From: a bacterium
Lineage (GTDB): Bacteria > Electryoneota > JAOADG01
Assembly (NCBI GenBank): GCA_963681965.1
Contig: OY820579.1
Location: forward strand, 1,184,001 to 1,248,000
Direction of reading: 5' to 3'
Length of the DNA: 64,000 bases
In this document: positions 53,701 through 62,585 of the stretch, one piece after another
Layout: the number at the start of each line of letters is the position of its first letter
Numbering within the stretch: the first letter of the stretch is position 1
The notes under the pieces: model-generated
What the model was told of the DNA's origin: nothing
The model's database searches: none
The model's input: the letters and a program-made list of their open reading frames with translations, nothing else
Made by a program: the position numbers and the translations under genes

Positions 53701-56700
53701 TAGCCATTGTGTCCAAAGTTGCTGGCGTGTATGTCAACCCGGGTTGATTCGATGAAACCAACGGTGGAGGATCCGATCTGCCGAAATAGACATCGTAACC
53801 CGTAGCATTGGCATCGCCAACCCAACTCAATGTGGCATTTATCGGAACGCCAGTTGAGTTGTTGTCAGGAACCGGAGACATTGGTGCAGTCAACCTGAAG
53901 AATCGATAGGTTCTTAGCGAATCCGGAACCGGAGGACCGTATTGGAGACATCCGTTTATGCCATTTGTGTCTTGAATGGCAGCCGCAGCAAATTCGCTTT
54001 GGGTTGTCGAGTTACGGGGTCCGTAATTCACATCCACCCGACCATCTTCGTAAATAACAACTTGAGCCGCAATTGGACCCGTGCCGCCAAGCGTGGCTAG
54101 GTTTGTATACGTTACTACCAAGCGGTTCGGAGCAGTTCTGTTTTCGTACATGACAGTAGTCCCAACGACCGACATATCATAGTTCCAGAAGTAAACGCCG
54201 GCGGGATATCCACCGGTCAACGGGAACGTCGCAGAGGTATAGTTGTATGGGTTTTGACCGCCAAACTGAATTCGACCATTACTTCCGGCATACCACGTTG
54301 TATAGGTGCGACCATAGAACGAGAAATTGAAGCCGATGTTGTACGGACCTGCGCTACCGTCGTCGGTGTTGTTCCAGCCACTGACAGTGATAGCCGAGGC
54401 AGAAGGGGTAATCCAATTGTAGCCGGTACCGTTTGTGGCAATCATGCGGTAACCATAAGCATCCGGTCCGAGATTGAACGGATCGCCGGTTGTCATGGAA
54501 ACTGCCGGTCCATAAGCGGTTTCAACATTCAAACCATTCCGCGCCTTCACGGCAAAAGTATAAGTAGTGGCTTGGGACAAACCAGTTACGGTTACCGTTC
54601 CCCACATTGCCAATGATTGCCAGACAGCGGTTGAGCCTAATGCGCCGGTTGCCTGAACGAACTGGTTGGTGGTGGTTTCGTGAATTGCATAGGTCGCCGC
54701 AGAGGGATTAGTCGGGAAACCATTGGTTGGCGTCAGTTGAATAGTTCTGAAACTGGCGCCAGTAAACGTTGGGGCACCAGGAACACTGGCAAGCGTCCAG
54801 CCATTACCGGAAGCATAACCGGATGAAGTTCCCTCAGAGTTAGTTGCATATACCTGATACCAGTATCGAGTCGAAGGGATTAAACCGCTATTGGTATAGA
54901 AGGTAGCATTCGCTTCTGCAGTCGTTAAATCGGTAAATGTAATTCCATTCAACGAACGTTTAATCACAAATCCCGTCTCGTTTGTGGAAAGATCCACCCA
55001 GTTAAATGTCAACGATGTGGTCGTAAGGTTGGTGATCGGTGATGTGGCAGTTCCCGGCGCATTCGGAGAAGCGCCGGTACCGGTCGTGAATGACCACGGT
55101 GTTCCACTTGAAGTGGTACCGAAATCGTTAATGGCATTGACGAACCAGTAGTACGTCGAATTCGGTTCCAAATACGTGGCAGGCATATAGCTTGGATTTG
55201 TTAACCCGGTAGCAATTGCAGTGGTCGGTGGATTGGTTGTTCCGAGATAGACATCGTACGAAATCGGTGTAGAACCACCCGATGCACTCCAACTTAGTGT
55301 TGGGTTGATAATCACTCCAGTCGCACCATTTGCCGGAACCGGGTCGGTCGCGGCAGTGGGTATACTCGTTACAAACTGACCTTCGTCTGCGCCGATATCC
55401 GGTGTCATTGGGTTACGGGCTTCATTGTCGATATCCGTCATAATCAGTGCCTCACGAGTACCATGATTTTCGACCGGCGAGTAACTCTGATGCAGCATTA
55501 TATGCGGATTCGAAGTTGAATTGATGAATTGAGGATCGCCGAAAGTCGAATGTTCGTCGACACCCGGATACACACTTCGCCATGAAGTAGAGTCTATCCG
55601 ATATACGGCCCCACGCACGCCAATATAACCTCCAGTTGTGTTTGGAATGTAATAGTTGTTGTAATCGCAAAAGTAATTCGGTGCGGATGGTAAAGGCATA
55701 TACATGCCGATGTGGTACGGAGTGTTTGAGGTTTGGTTACCAAGGTTCGCGAAAATATTGTTCTTGCACGTATCGTTGAAATTATAAATCGAACTATAAT
55801 AGAGACAAGCCGAAGAGAAATTCTGCGTCCCGGTTTGATTCAGCATAATCGTATTATTCAGAATCGTCGGGTAGTAATAACCGACATAGATACCGTACGT
55901 GTAATACGCTGCCGAGGTCGAACCGGTAAAGGTCTGCTGCAGATTGTAGATCATGTTGTTAAAAATTCGCTGATAGCCATATGTGTAGTAATAGTATGAG
56001 TAGATCCCGTAGATGGACGAAAAACCGTTGTTATACCTCGCCGTAAAGTCATAAATGCGATTATTGTAGATCATGGTAGGAGTTAAAGTCCCGCGGGTAT
56101 AGGGGCAATAATATAGATACAGACCGTACATCGCATAGCTCGTACTGTAGGTCTTCATGTTTTTAATATCGATATCGTGTACAGTGAATCCATTTTGATA
56201 AGCGGCATAAATGCCATATGCAGCTCCAGCACCACCAATCGTATCATCTTCGGCATAACCGATGGTAAACCGATTGGGATTGCCAAGACCGGCGACTTCG
56301 CTACCGATTTCCGTTCCAAAATCGGGATATGAGGAATAGGAGTAGCAGTAGACTCCAGCACGAACCTTCGAAATCTTCAAGTTCAGATAGCGGTTGTAGC
56401 TCTGGCTTCCCAATGCGGAAGTCGGGTAAAAGGAAGAATTGCAATATTGATACACACCGTAGGTTGTATAGGATGCTGAGATACGCATTTGAATCGACGC
56501 ATTCTTGACGGTGTTGTATTGTGCTCCTTGTGTTGCAGAACTGTTATTCACCCAGTAGCCGTAGTATAACGAATATGTACCCGTACTAGTATCGATCACA
56601 TTGATGCCATCGAACGTCACATACTGCACACCAGAGAGTTTTACGCCATACTGAACCGTGGTTATTACGGTCGGGCTGATATTGACACCCGGACCGGTAG

Positions 56701-58027
56701 CATGGAATATGACCGGACTGGAAGCACCCATACCGGGAAACGGTCCATTCATTGTTACCGATGCGACATAAGTACCCGGCGACACATTGAAAGTGATACC
56801 TCCCATTCCGACACCGATATTGTATAGTGTCGAGATCGCGTCAGAGAAAGAGGTAAAATTGTCACCACTGGTCGGGAACGCTGGATTGATCGTCTTAGTG
56901 CCAGTGAGGGCGGAAATTGTGTTAAATGTCCAGATAGGTGAAGTAGAAATTGATGGTGTAGTACCATATCCCACAACTTTCCAGTAGTATCGATTATTGG
57001 CGCTAATAGGCATGAAGTATGTAGTGTCCGTACCGGAATAAACCAAAGCGGTCGGAACACTATTCTCAACATCGGACTGATTGGTCGAACAATAGAGCTT
57101 ACAACTGTCGACACGAGGACCAACGGTCCAGGTTAACGCAATGGAGTCTGTGGTCAAACCAAGTGTTTGATTTGCAGGGGCGACTAGTCTTACCCAATTG
57201 TTCGGATAAATAAATAGAATGGCACTTTGACTTGGCGGGCATGTTATACTGTACTGATACTGACATGCAGTTGTACGGCTATCATTTTGCAAACCGATCG
57301 TACCGGTATTTGTGGACGCAGTATTGTATTGCATTTTAATCGAACCGCTCGCATACAGAAGCACCTGATATCGTTCGCCCGTGTCGACAAACCACTGCAC
57401 GATAAAAGTAGTGTCATTGTACTGTTGATATTTTATGTAACGATCCCCCACAGTAACGTAAGAGTCGCGGTACAGCACGGCAATCAAAGATCGCGGCATA
57501 CTGGTCGATGGCATCAAGTATTGCGAATAATAACCGCTCGTTAAATTTGCAAATGTGCTGTTGACCGATAGCCAACCGTCGGTACTCATCGTTACGGAGG
57601 TGTAGTTGTTACCGTAAAACGGGAAAGTGAATCCGAGTGGAACCATTGCCGAAGTGTAGTCGTCACCCGTTGGACCCGTGGTACCGGACTCGCTAATATC
57701 GATCCATTCGTAGCTCGGACCCGGAGGATTGGTTTGGTTATTATTATCAATCCACGTATAGCCAAAGCTATCCGGAGCTGAACTATGAGTATCGATGGAG
57801 CTTATCGACGGAATACTACCGCGCAACGACTCGAGATACGGTGTTACGGCAGCCTTATCCTGCGGTGTGATCGGAAGTCCCAATTGCATCCGATGGATGA
57901 TCGAGTCGCGATATACAGAGGAGAATTGCGATGCGATGAGGGGTGCATCAACTACATTTGCCGCAAAGGATGTGCAGCATAATAGCAAACACCCGACTGC
58001 GATTAGAAGGATATTATGAGAATTCAT
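50729..58027 (-). CDS. Giant secreted multidomain protein (~2432 aa): NIDO-like, FN3, Tyr-rich beta-helix, ASH/Ig, PNGGE repeats, C-terminal sorting domain
   Basis: GGAGG RBS before ATG 58027; signal peptide; PDSFGYTWID/FTFPFYG, IYNNRIY/IFNNMIY/ILNNTI, DIDNEARN..TPDIGADE; AYPNPFNTSV...KKAILLK. Confidence 0.87.
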   Translation of the reverse strand: MNSHNILLIAVGCLLLCCTSFAANVVDAPLIASQFSSVYRDSIIHRMQLGLPITPQDKAAVTPYLESLRGSIPSISSIDTHSSAPDSFGYTWIDNNNQTNPPGPSYEWIDISESGTTGPTGDDYTSAMVPLGFTFPFYGNNYTSVTMSTDGWLSVNSTFANLTSGYYSQYLMPSTSMPRSLIAVLYRDSYVTVGDRYIKYQQYNDTTFIVQWFVDTGERYQVLLYASGSIKMQYNTASTNTGTIGLQNDSRTTACQYQYSITCPPSQSAILFIYPNNWVRLVAPANQTLGLTTDSIALTWTVGPRVDSCKLYCSTNQSDVENSVPTALVYSGTDTTYFMPISANNRYYWKVVGYGTTPSISTSPIWTFNTISALTGTKTINPAFPTSGDNFTSFSDAISTLYNIGVGMGGITFNVSPGTYVASVTMNGPFPGMGASSPVIFHATGPGVNISPTVITTVQYGVKLSGVQYVTFDGINVIDTSTGTYSLYYGYWVNNSSATQGAQYNTVKNASIQMRISASYTTYGVYQYCNSSFYPTSALGSQSYNRYLNLKISKVRAGVYCYSYSSYPDFGTEIGSEVAGLGNPNRFTIGYAEDDTIGGAGAAYGIYAAYQNGFTVHDIDIKNMKTYSTSYAMYGLYLYYCPYTRGTLTPTMIYNNRIYDFTARYNNGFSSIYGIYSYYYYTYGYQRIFNNMIYNLQQTFTGSTSAAYYTYGIYVGYYYPTILNNTIMLNQTGTQNFSSACLYYSSIYNFNDTCKNNIFANLGNQTSNTPYHIGMYMPLPSAPNYFCDYNNYYIPNTTGGYIGVRGAVYRIDSTSWRSVYPGVDEHSTFGDPQFINSTSNPHIMLHQSYSPVENHGTREALIMTDIDNEARNPMTPDIGADEGQFVTSIPTAATDPVPANGATGVIINPTLSWSASGGSTPISYDVYLGTTNPPTTAIATGLTNPSYMPATYLEPNSTYYWFVNAINDFGTTSSGTPWSFTTGTGASPNAPGTATSPITNLTTTSLTFNWVDLSTNETGFVIKRSLNGITFTDLTTAEANATFYTNSGLIPSTRYWYQVYATNSEGTSSGYASGNGWTLASVPGAPTFTGASFRTIQLTPTNGFPTNPSAATYAIHETTTNQFVQATGALGSTAVWQSLAMWGTVTVTGLSQATTYTFAVKARNGLNVETAYGPAVSMTTGDPFNLGPDAYGYRMIATNGTGYNWITPSASAITVSGWNNTDDGSAGPYNIGFNFSFYGRTYTTWYAGSNGRIQFGGQNPYNYTSATFPLTGGYPAGVYFWNYDMSVVGTTVMYENRTAPNRLVVTYTNLATLGGTGPIAAQVVIYEDGRVDVNYGPRNSTTQSEFAAAAIQDTNGINGCLQYGPPVPDSLRTYRFFRLTAPMSPVPDNNSTGVPINATLSWVGDANATGYDVYFGRSDPPPLVSSNQPGLTYTPATLDTMAMYYWRVASRMGSTVMTGPPWSFQSGRGIAPNAPDNGQFVAATLSTITGSFRDNSANETGFIVQRSLDGITFYYNSTLPAHAGSGIVTFVDAGLTTNTHYWYRVFSTNANATSTGFAAVNGSTLSLPTLAFTTTSSATPITSADLGIHRVGMPATLTYAVRNTGSTPLLISYVASSNPAVTTSWNSQTIAPGSTQNIDLIWLPTQGGAIAGTLTFISNAINNPVIINVTGTAMAVHNLPIIENFSGPFPPAEWMIINPDSAITWTQYNSPYSAHMNWWMYSSQDQMDYLITPIVTTVGVTSASFDFDWSHQYNYSYNDSLMIKYTLDGGASWSTIWKRWGRGTGDDSLPAGTGGSYNAPATVGTWGHASISLAGTGCLGQPYVQFALVSGNGYGPDLFVTNVRIHSSLIALLHPNGGETCYRGEQDTIRWTAPNLTGTVSIAFNPDYPAGTWLTLDSAVDVTRNYYCWTPAVTSTNCRIRIRSNEYSSVEAISDSSFSIVQRSVRLIQPNGGETYYRGEQDTIRWTASNLTGTVSIAVNSNYPTGTWLTLASPIDVAHNYYCWTPVVTSTNCRIRVRSNEYSYVNAISYSSFSIVQRSVSLIRPNGGEHFAVGLRDTIHFSGTYLPYGITIELNRNYPFGSWETLVDSVATDAGQWIFDPVSAPISNSSRIRALARGMTQYAYGDTSDNDFAIIPQAHLYQSADTLSFTGTRVGTTDSLMFKIANRSNLPFRYYSASCNYPAIFSVLIPDTDSLTVSNDSLLIWVIFAPDSSLQSVDTVRLTFESPYQSIALPVTGLGLGSYAKASIPSIEFPAASDTAQADSVSFKLRASGNTPIVITSMIDSPPFYIRCDSWTIQPGDSITVHIYFQPIAPGYFTGVVGIVSNAIDSDTLRIPVSGYSKYIPSSFKLFPAYPNPFNTSVNIKFDVPERDFVTITLYNSLGQKVSVLHEGMTTAGQHLVVWKSDRNSTGVYFISITAPGFIATKKAILLK
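51885..52465 (-). repeat. Intragenic tandem duplication, 285-bp unit (95-aa PNGGE Ig-like module)
   Basis: Matching segments offset by 285 bp, e.g. ACGATTGAGA at 51921/52206 and ATCGGATCGTATCCTGTTCGCCGCGATAG at 52132/52417. Confidence 0.9.
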
Positions 58028-58705
58028 CTTACAATCCTCCACATGTCGATCATTGTCAAGAAGCACTTTTTAGGTAGGAATCACCGTAAAACTGTAATTA
58101 CTTAATGTTTAAAATAACGTGGGCATAACATAATTACAATATAAAGAGTCAATATATTCAATTTTTTTTGATCCTAACTTGATGAAGCGGAAAATCGAAT
58201 TTGAAATGACGAAGAAGATGAAGAAGATAATGATATCTCACCGTTAGAAAAATCTTATTGCATGTAAAACGATTGTGTGTCAGCTAGACCAATATGCTGT
58301 AATCGGAAACTTATCTCTCTGCAGTGGACCGAAAAAAAATTATCCATTCCTCCGAATATCGCCCCTAACTCAAGTGAGCATTCTGACAGGAATTCGGAAT
58401 TCTAGTGAGTGATCGGATGTTTGTGTGTGTACAGATTTTATACAAGTTCTTGACTAATATTTTGATCCGTCTGTTCTCGACTTTTCCCGAAAAAGCGCTC
58501 CCAGAGCCAGTTTGCCCTTTGTTAGCGGTTTCTAGTTTTCTTGGCAATTTTTTTCAATTGAAGATATCACATTATAATTCGTCATGGTTTAATCCATGTT
58601 CCGAATTTTCTCCACACCTATTCTTCTACCAGGAATTTCACATCAATCACGTTACTTGATCGAAAGCGGATTTGAATGCATCAAATGTTCAACGAACAAT
58701 GAACC

Positions 58706-58733
58706 GGAAGTTTTTCTGTTTTGCTGCGTCTAA
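58706..58733 (+). promoter_or_regulatory. Putative ECF sigma promoter 1
   Basis: GGAAGTTTTT-N9-TGCGTCTAA; same motif and spacing recur at 61461 and 62505. Confidence 0.65.
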
Positions 58734-59058
58734 CCATCGGATATGTATTCTTCCACTTCTGGCAGACACATCTAGCAGCAAAAAGTATAAACCACTTTCT
58801 CTTCCAATAATTTCTCAAGCTGGATTCATTGTCAAGAGTATGGACGATCAATCTCAATCACCACTTGTGCCGATTGGTTAGCAGTTTCGACTGCTTTTAT
58901 TGGGTTACTGTGATCAATGGCTCGAGTATCGATCGAACGAAGGTAAACGAGACAATTGTTAGTAGCGGATATGTCAAGTGTAATTCTAAACTAAAATCAC
59001 GCTCATACTGTCTGTTTCATGACTAGATTATTTATTATATCGTAACTGAGGGAAAAGG

Positions 59059-60810
59059 ATGAAGTGGCATCAAGCAATCTTTCCAGCAAATCGCACTCAA
59101 TCACTAGCATGCAATCAATTGATTTCCTTACAGCGACAATTACTGTTTTTAGTTTCTACTTTGGTTGTGTTTCTCTTTAGTGAGGCACATGCGGTCTTTA
59201 TCGGCAATGAGTTGTTGGGAAGACCAACTCCAAGCTCCGTCACGATCAATGCTTGTACTGATTCGGTGTATCAAGTGTACTATGAGTTTGGAATCGATTC
59301 GACCACATTCACGCGAAGAACTTTGACGATTAGCTGTCAGGATAGTATCCCATTTGTAACTATTCTCGATAGTTTGAATGCGAATACCCGATATTATTAC
59401 CGGCTACGATATCGGTTTGATAGCACATCACAGTTCCTTTCCCATCCAATCCGACATTTTCGAACTGCCAACACCAACCGCAGTACATTTACTTTCGCGA
59501 TTCATGCCGACCCACACATGGATACTGCTTCCAGTGTTGCCGTGTATACACAAACATTACAAAACACACTGAATGCCGATCCTGATTTCATGATCGACTT
59601 GGGGGATAACTTTTTCTGCGAGAAATTACCGCCTTATACGCAGCCGAGAATAACACAGCGACACCAGTATTTGCGATCATTTTATGACATCGCCGCTCAC
59701 TCAGTTCCATTATTTCTGACCCTTGGTAATCATGAAGGGGAACAGGGATGGCGATTGAACGGTACTGCAGATTGTCTCCCGGTGATGGCGACGAATACCC
59801 GAAAGTCATATTTTCCCAATCCGGAACCCGATGGATTCTATTCCGGTGATACGACGCATGAAGCATTTGTCGGACGTCGAGAAGGATACTACTCTTGGGA
59901 ATGGGGAAATGCACTGTTTGTCGTACTCGATTTATACTGGTATCCAACGCAGAATCCGCAACAGGATTTGTGGCGGTTTACTCTGGGTCAGACACAATAC
60001 AACTGGTTTGCGAATGTTCTTCAAAACAGTCAGGCGCGATTCAAATTTGTTTTCATCCACCAGTTAGTTGGTGGCAATGCGAATGATCCTCGAGGTGGCA
60101 TTGAAAGTGTACCATTCTTCGAGCAGGGAGGTAGAAATCTCGATACAACGTGGGGATTTTCTACCCATCGTCCCGGTTGGGCACTACCTCTGCACCAATT
60201 GATGGTGCAGAATCATGTATCGGCGCTATTCCATGGTCACGATCACTTCTATTGCAAACAGGATCTTGATGGAATCGTCTATCAGTTGGCACCACAACCA
60301 AGTAACGTCAATATGTCAGCTGCCAATTCCGCAGCAGGCTATGGCTATGTAAATGGCACAATCCTTCCGACTCGCGGTTTTTTGAATGTGACGGTGGCGG
60401 ATACTGTCTGTCGAGTGAATTATGTTCGAACTTACTTGCCATCAGAAGAAAATGCAACGAGACACAACGGTGATATCGGAGATACATACACGATCGTGCA
60501 TACCGATTCCGGAACAGCATCGATCTTTAATGAATCGATCATCCCAAATTCCGCACAACTAAAGCAGAACTATCCGAACCCGTTCAATTCCGAAACCAAT
60601 ATCTCGTTTGATCTCGTAAAACAACAACAAGTGAAGCTGGAAATCTTTACTTCTACAGGTCAGTTGGTTCAACGGCTTATCGAGGAAAGTCTTCCCGCTG
60701 GTCGATATAAAATTCATTACCGTCCGGCACATCTGGCTAGCGGTACATATTACTATCGTCTGACCAGTGGAGTTCAAATCACTACTGCAAAAATGATATT
60801 ATTGAAGTAG
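59059..60810 (+). CDS. Secreted metallophosphoesterase (purple-acid-phosphatase-like) with FN3-like N-domain and C-terminal sorting domain
   Basis: ADPH, DLGDNF, LGNHE, FHGHDHFY metal motifs; QNYPNPFNSET...AKMILLK. Confidence 0.85.
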   Translation: MKWHQAIFPANRTQSLACNQLISLQRQLLFLVSTLVVFLFSEAHAVFIGNELLGRPTPSSVTINACTDSVYQVYYEFGIDSTTFTRRTLTISCQDSIPFVTILDSLNANTRYYYRLRYRFDSTSQFLSHPIRHFRTANTNRSTFTFAIHADPHMDTASSVAVYTQTLQNTLNADPDFMIDLGDNFFCEKLPPYTQPRITQRHQYLRSFYDIAAHSVPLFLTLGNHEGEQGWRLNGTADCLPVMATNTRKSYFPNPEPDGFYSGDTTHEAFVGRREGYYSWEWGNALFVVLDLYWYPTQNPQQDLWRFTLGQTQYNWFANVLQNSQARFKFVFIHQLVGGNANDPRGGIESVPFFEQGGRNLDTTWGFSTHRPGWALPLHQLMVQNHVSALFHGHDHFYCKQDLDGIVYQLAPQPSNVNMSAANSAAGYGYVNGTILPTRGFLNVTVADTVCRVNYVRTYLPSEENATRHNGDIGDTYTIVHTDSGTASIFNESIIPNSAQLKQNYPNPFNSETNISFDLVKQQQVKLEIFTSTGQLVQRLIEESLPAGRYKIHYRPAHLASGTYYYRLTSGVQITTAKMILLK

Positions 60811-60873
60811 TGATAAGAATAATTCAATGAATATTCTCTGAAAGTACGGAGTTGATAATCGACCGTAAGTGTT

Positions 60874-61446
60874 ATGAATGATCCGCTGATAGCAGCGCTG
60901 AAAGCGGGATCACCAGTCGCGTATAGGCAGTTTGTAAATGATCACTTGAAACAGGTGATCAATATCTGTTATCGCTTTATCGACAATCGCGCGGAAGCGG
61001 AAGATCTGGCGCAGGAAACATTTATTGAAGTGTACGAATCGATCGGAAAGTTCCGGGGCGATTCCAGCATTTCTACGTGGGTTTATCGCATTGCGGTTCG
61101 TAAGTCTATTGATTATTGCCGAAGAAAAAACGCACAAAAACGAAAAGGATTGCTAACCGGTTTGCTTCGATTGGGAGATTCCGGAGTTGATAATTTAGCA
61201 TCAACGCAATTTGATCTTGAAAAAGAAATGGAAGAAAGTCAACGACGAAAAATGCTGTTCGGTGCTCTGGCATCTTTACCGAAAAACCAGCAAACTGCAT
61301 TTTTACTGAGTAAGTACGACGATCTTAGCTATGAGAAGATCGCTGAAATAATGCAAGTTACGGTGTCTGCAGTCAACGCTTTAATGCATCGTGCAAAGAG
61401 CAATCTGCAAAACCGTTTGAGACGTGTACTTACTGAAGATGGTTGA
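60874..61446 (+). CDS. ECF RNA polymerase sigma-70 factor
   Basis: EAEDLAQETF, FRGDSSISTWVYRIA, LPKNQQTAFLL, LSYEKIAEIM, HRAKSNL. Confidence 0.92.
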   Translation: MNDPLIAALKAGSPVAYRQFVNDHLKQVINICYRFIDNRAEAEDLAQETFIEVYESIGKFRGDSSISTWVYRIAVRKSIDYCRRKNAQKRKGLLTGLLRLGDSGVDNLASTQFDLEKEMEESQRRKMLFGALASLPKNQQTAFLLSKYDDLSYEKIAEIMQVTVSAVNALMHRAKSNLQNRLRRVLTEDG

Positions 61447-61460
61447 TGTTGTAAGGTGAA

Positions 61461-61488
61461 GAAAGTTTTTACTTCAAATTGCGTCTAA
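61461..61488 (+). promoter_or_regulatory. Putative ECF sigma promoter 2 (between sigma and anti-sigma genes)
   Basis: GAAAGTTTTT-N9-TGCGTCTAA, 22 bp upstream of ATG 61511. Confidence 0.65.
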
Positions 61489-61510
61489 GTAGAGAAGTGT
61501 GGAGAAGAAT

Positions 61511-61861
61511 ATGAAATCCCAACTTGATATCGAAGAGAATATACAGCAGATAATCGAGTGTCTTGATGGTCGTGAAAATATCGATGCCAGCCCTTTCTTC
61601 CAGATAAAATTGGAAAAGGCAATACTAGTTCGATCATCATTCCGTGACACATGGCTCTACCGATCCACACTCGGTTATAAACTTGCTCCCGCTTGGTTGG
61701 CACTAATTCTCATTCTTAACATTGTCTCTTTATCATTAAGCATTACTCATACGCACAGGGATGAGAATACTTACTCCCAGAAATTTAGAAAAGCCGCTCT
61801 TGAATTGTACTCGTATCCCGGAAGTGGTTGGGAAGGTGAAAGTAATGGAACTGGGAATTAG
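61511..61861 (+). CDS. Putative single-TM anti-sigma factor
   Basis: Directly after ECF gene; ASPFFQIKL motif then one TM ending LNI; GGAG RBS. Confidence 0.65.
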   Translation: MKSQLDIEENIQQIIECLDGRENIDASPFFQIKLEKAILVRSSFRDTWLYRSTLGYKLAPAWLALILILNIVSLSLSITHTHRDENTYSQKFRKAALELYSYPGSGWEGESNGTGN

Positions 61862-61870
61862 GAGGAATCA

Positions 61871-62458
61871 ATGAACCAAAAAGGAGCAATGAATTGGCAA
61901 ACCTGGATCATAATTATCCTCGTCTTGCTGAACATTGCATCACTTTCGGGATTGTGGATCTTATATTCCAATCAGGCTCCCCCTCCACCACGAAAAGAAA
62001 ATGATCGTACTCCACTTGAGGATGTCATCATTGAAGGAGTTGGACTGGATGAGGCACAGGCTCTACAGTTCAGACAACTTCATCTGGTTCACCGAAAACT
62101 GAAAGACAGTCTTGATGCTGAGACATTCAAACTGAAAGGGTTGATGCAAAAGGAACTGTTTGCGGCATTTCCCGACACGGCAAAAATGTCGCAGATGGTG
62201 CAACAAATTGCTGCGCTTCACGCTGAGCACGAACGGCAGTTATATAATCATTTTCTTGATTTGAAACGGTTGTGTAGACCCGATCAATTTGAGAATCTTG
62301 AAAAATTACTGAACGAGATGTTGGTGGTAATAAAGAAACAACCTAAATCAAATTCAGAAGATGGAAGATCGTCTCCACCTGATACCAATCACAATAGTAA
62401 ACCGCCACGTCCTAAGAATGATCGTGGTCGAAGACCACCACCGGGCGAAGGGAATTAA
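61871..62458 (+). CDS. Spy/CpxP-like periplasmic heavy-metal sensor family protein
   Basis: LVLLNI anchor, LDEAQ..QF, His-rich helices, HF..LK.LC.PDQ, Pro/Arg-rich tail; AGGAGG RBS. Confidence 0.7.
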   Translation: MNQKGAMNWQTWIIIILVLLNIASLSGLWILYSNQAPPPPRKENDRTPLEDVIIEGVGLDEAQALQFRQLHLVHRKLKDSLDAETFKLKGLMQKELFAAFPDTAKMSQMVQQIAALHAEHERQLYNHFLDLKRLCRPDQFENLEKLLNEMLVVIKKQPKSNSEDGRSSPPDTNHNSKPPRPKNDRGRRPPPGEGN

Positions 62459-62466
62459 TTAAGATG

Positions 62467-62502
62467 AAAAAAGTGCCTCCGTTTTTCGGAGGACTTTTTT
62501 TT
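62467..62502. terminator. Intrinsic terminator after Spy/CpxP-like gene
   Basis: AAAAAAGT-gCCTCCG-ttttt-CGGAGG-ACTTTTTTTT. Confidence 0.75.
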
Positions 62503-62504
62503 GC

Positions 62505-62532
62505 GGAAGATTAAACAGGTAATTACGTCAAA
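62505..62532 (+). promoter_or_regulatory. Putative ECF sigma promoter 3
   Basis: GGAAG-N16-CGTCAAA immediately after the terminator; identical -35/-10 spacing to the other two copies. Confidence 0.55.
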
Positions 62533-62585
62533 GAGTAAGATGAAGGAAACGAACGAAATATCTGACCCTGTATCGGAGAATGATT

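Noticed and set aside
58490-58525. c-di-GMP-I riboswitch-like GGGCAAAC on the minus strand upstream of the giant gene
   Set aside because: Lacks the GAAA tetraloop stem and the downstream GACGCAAAGC element.
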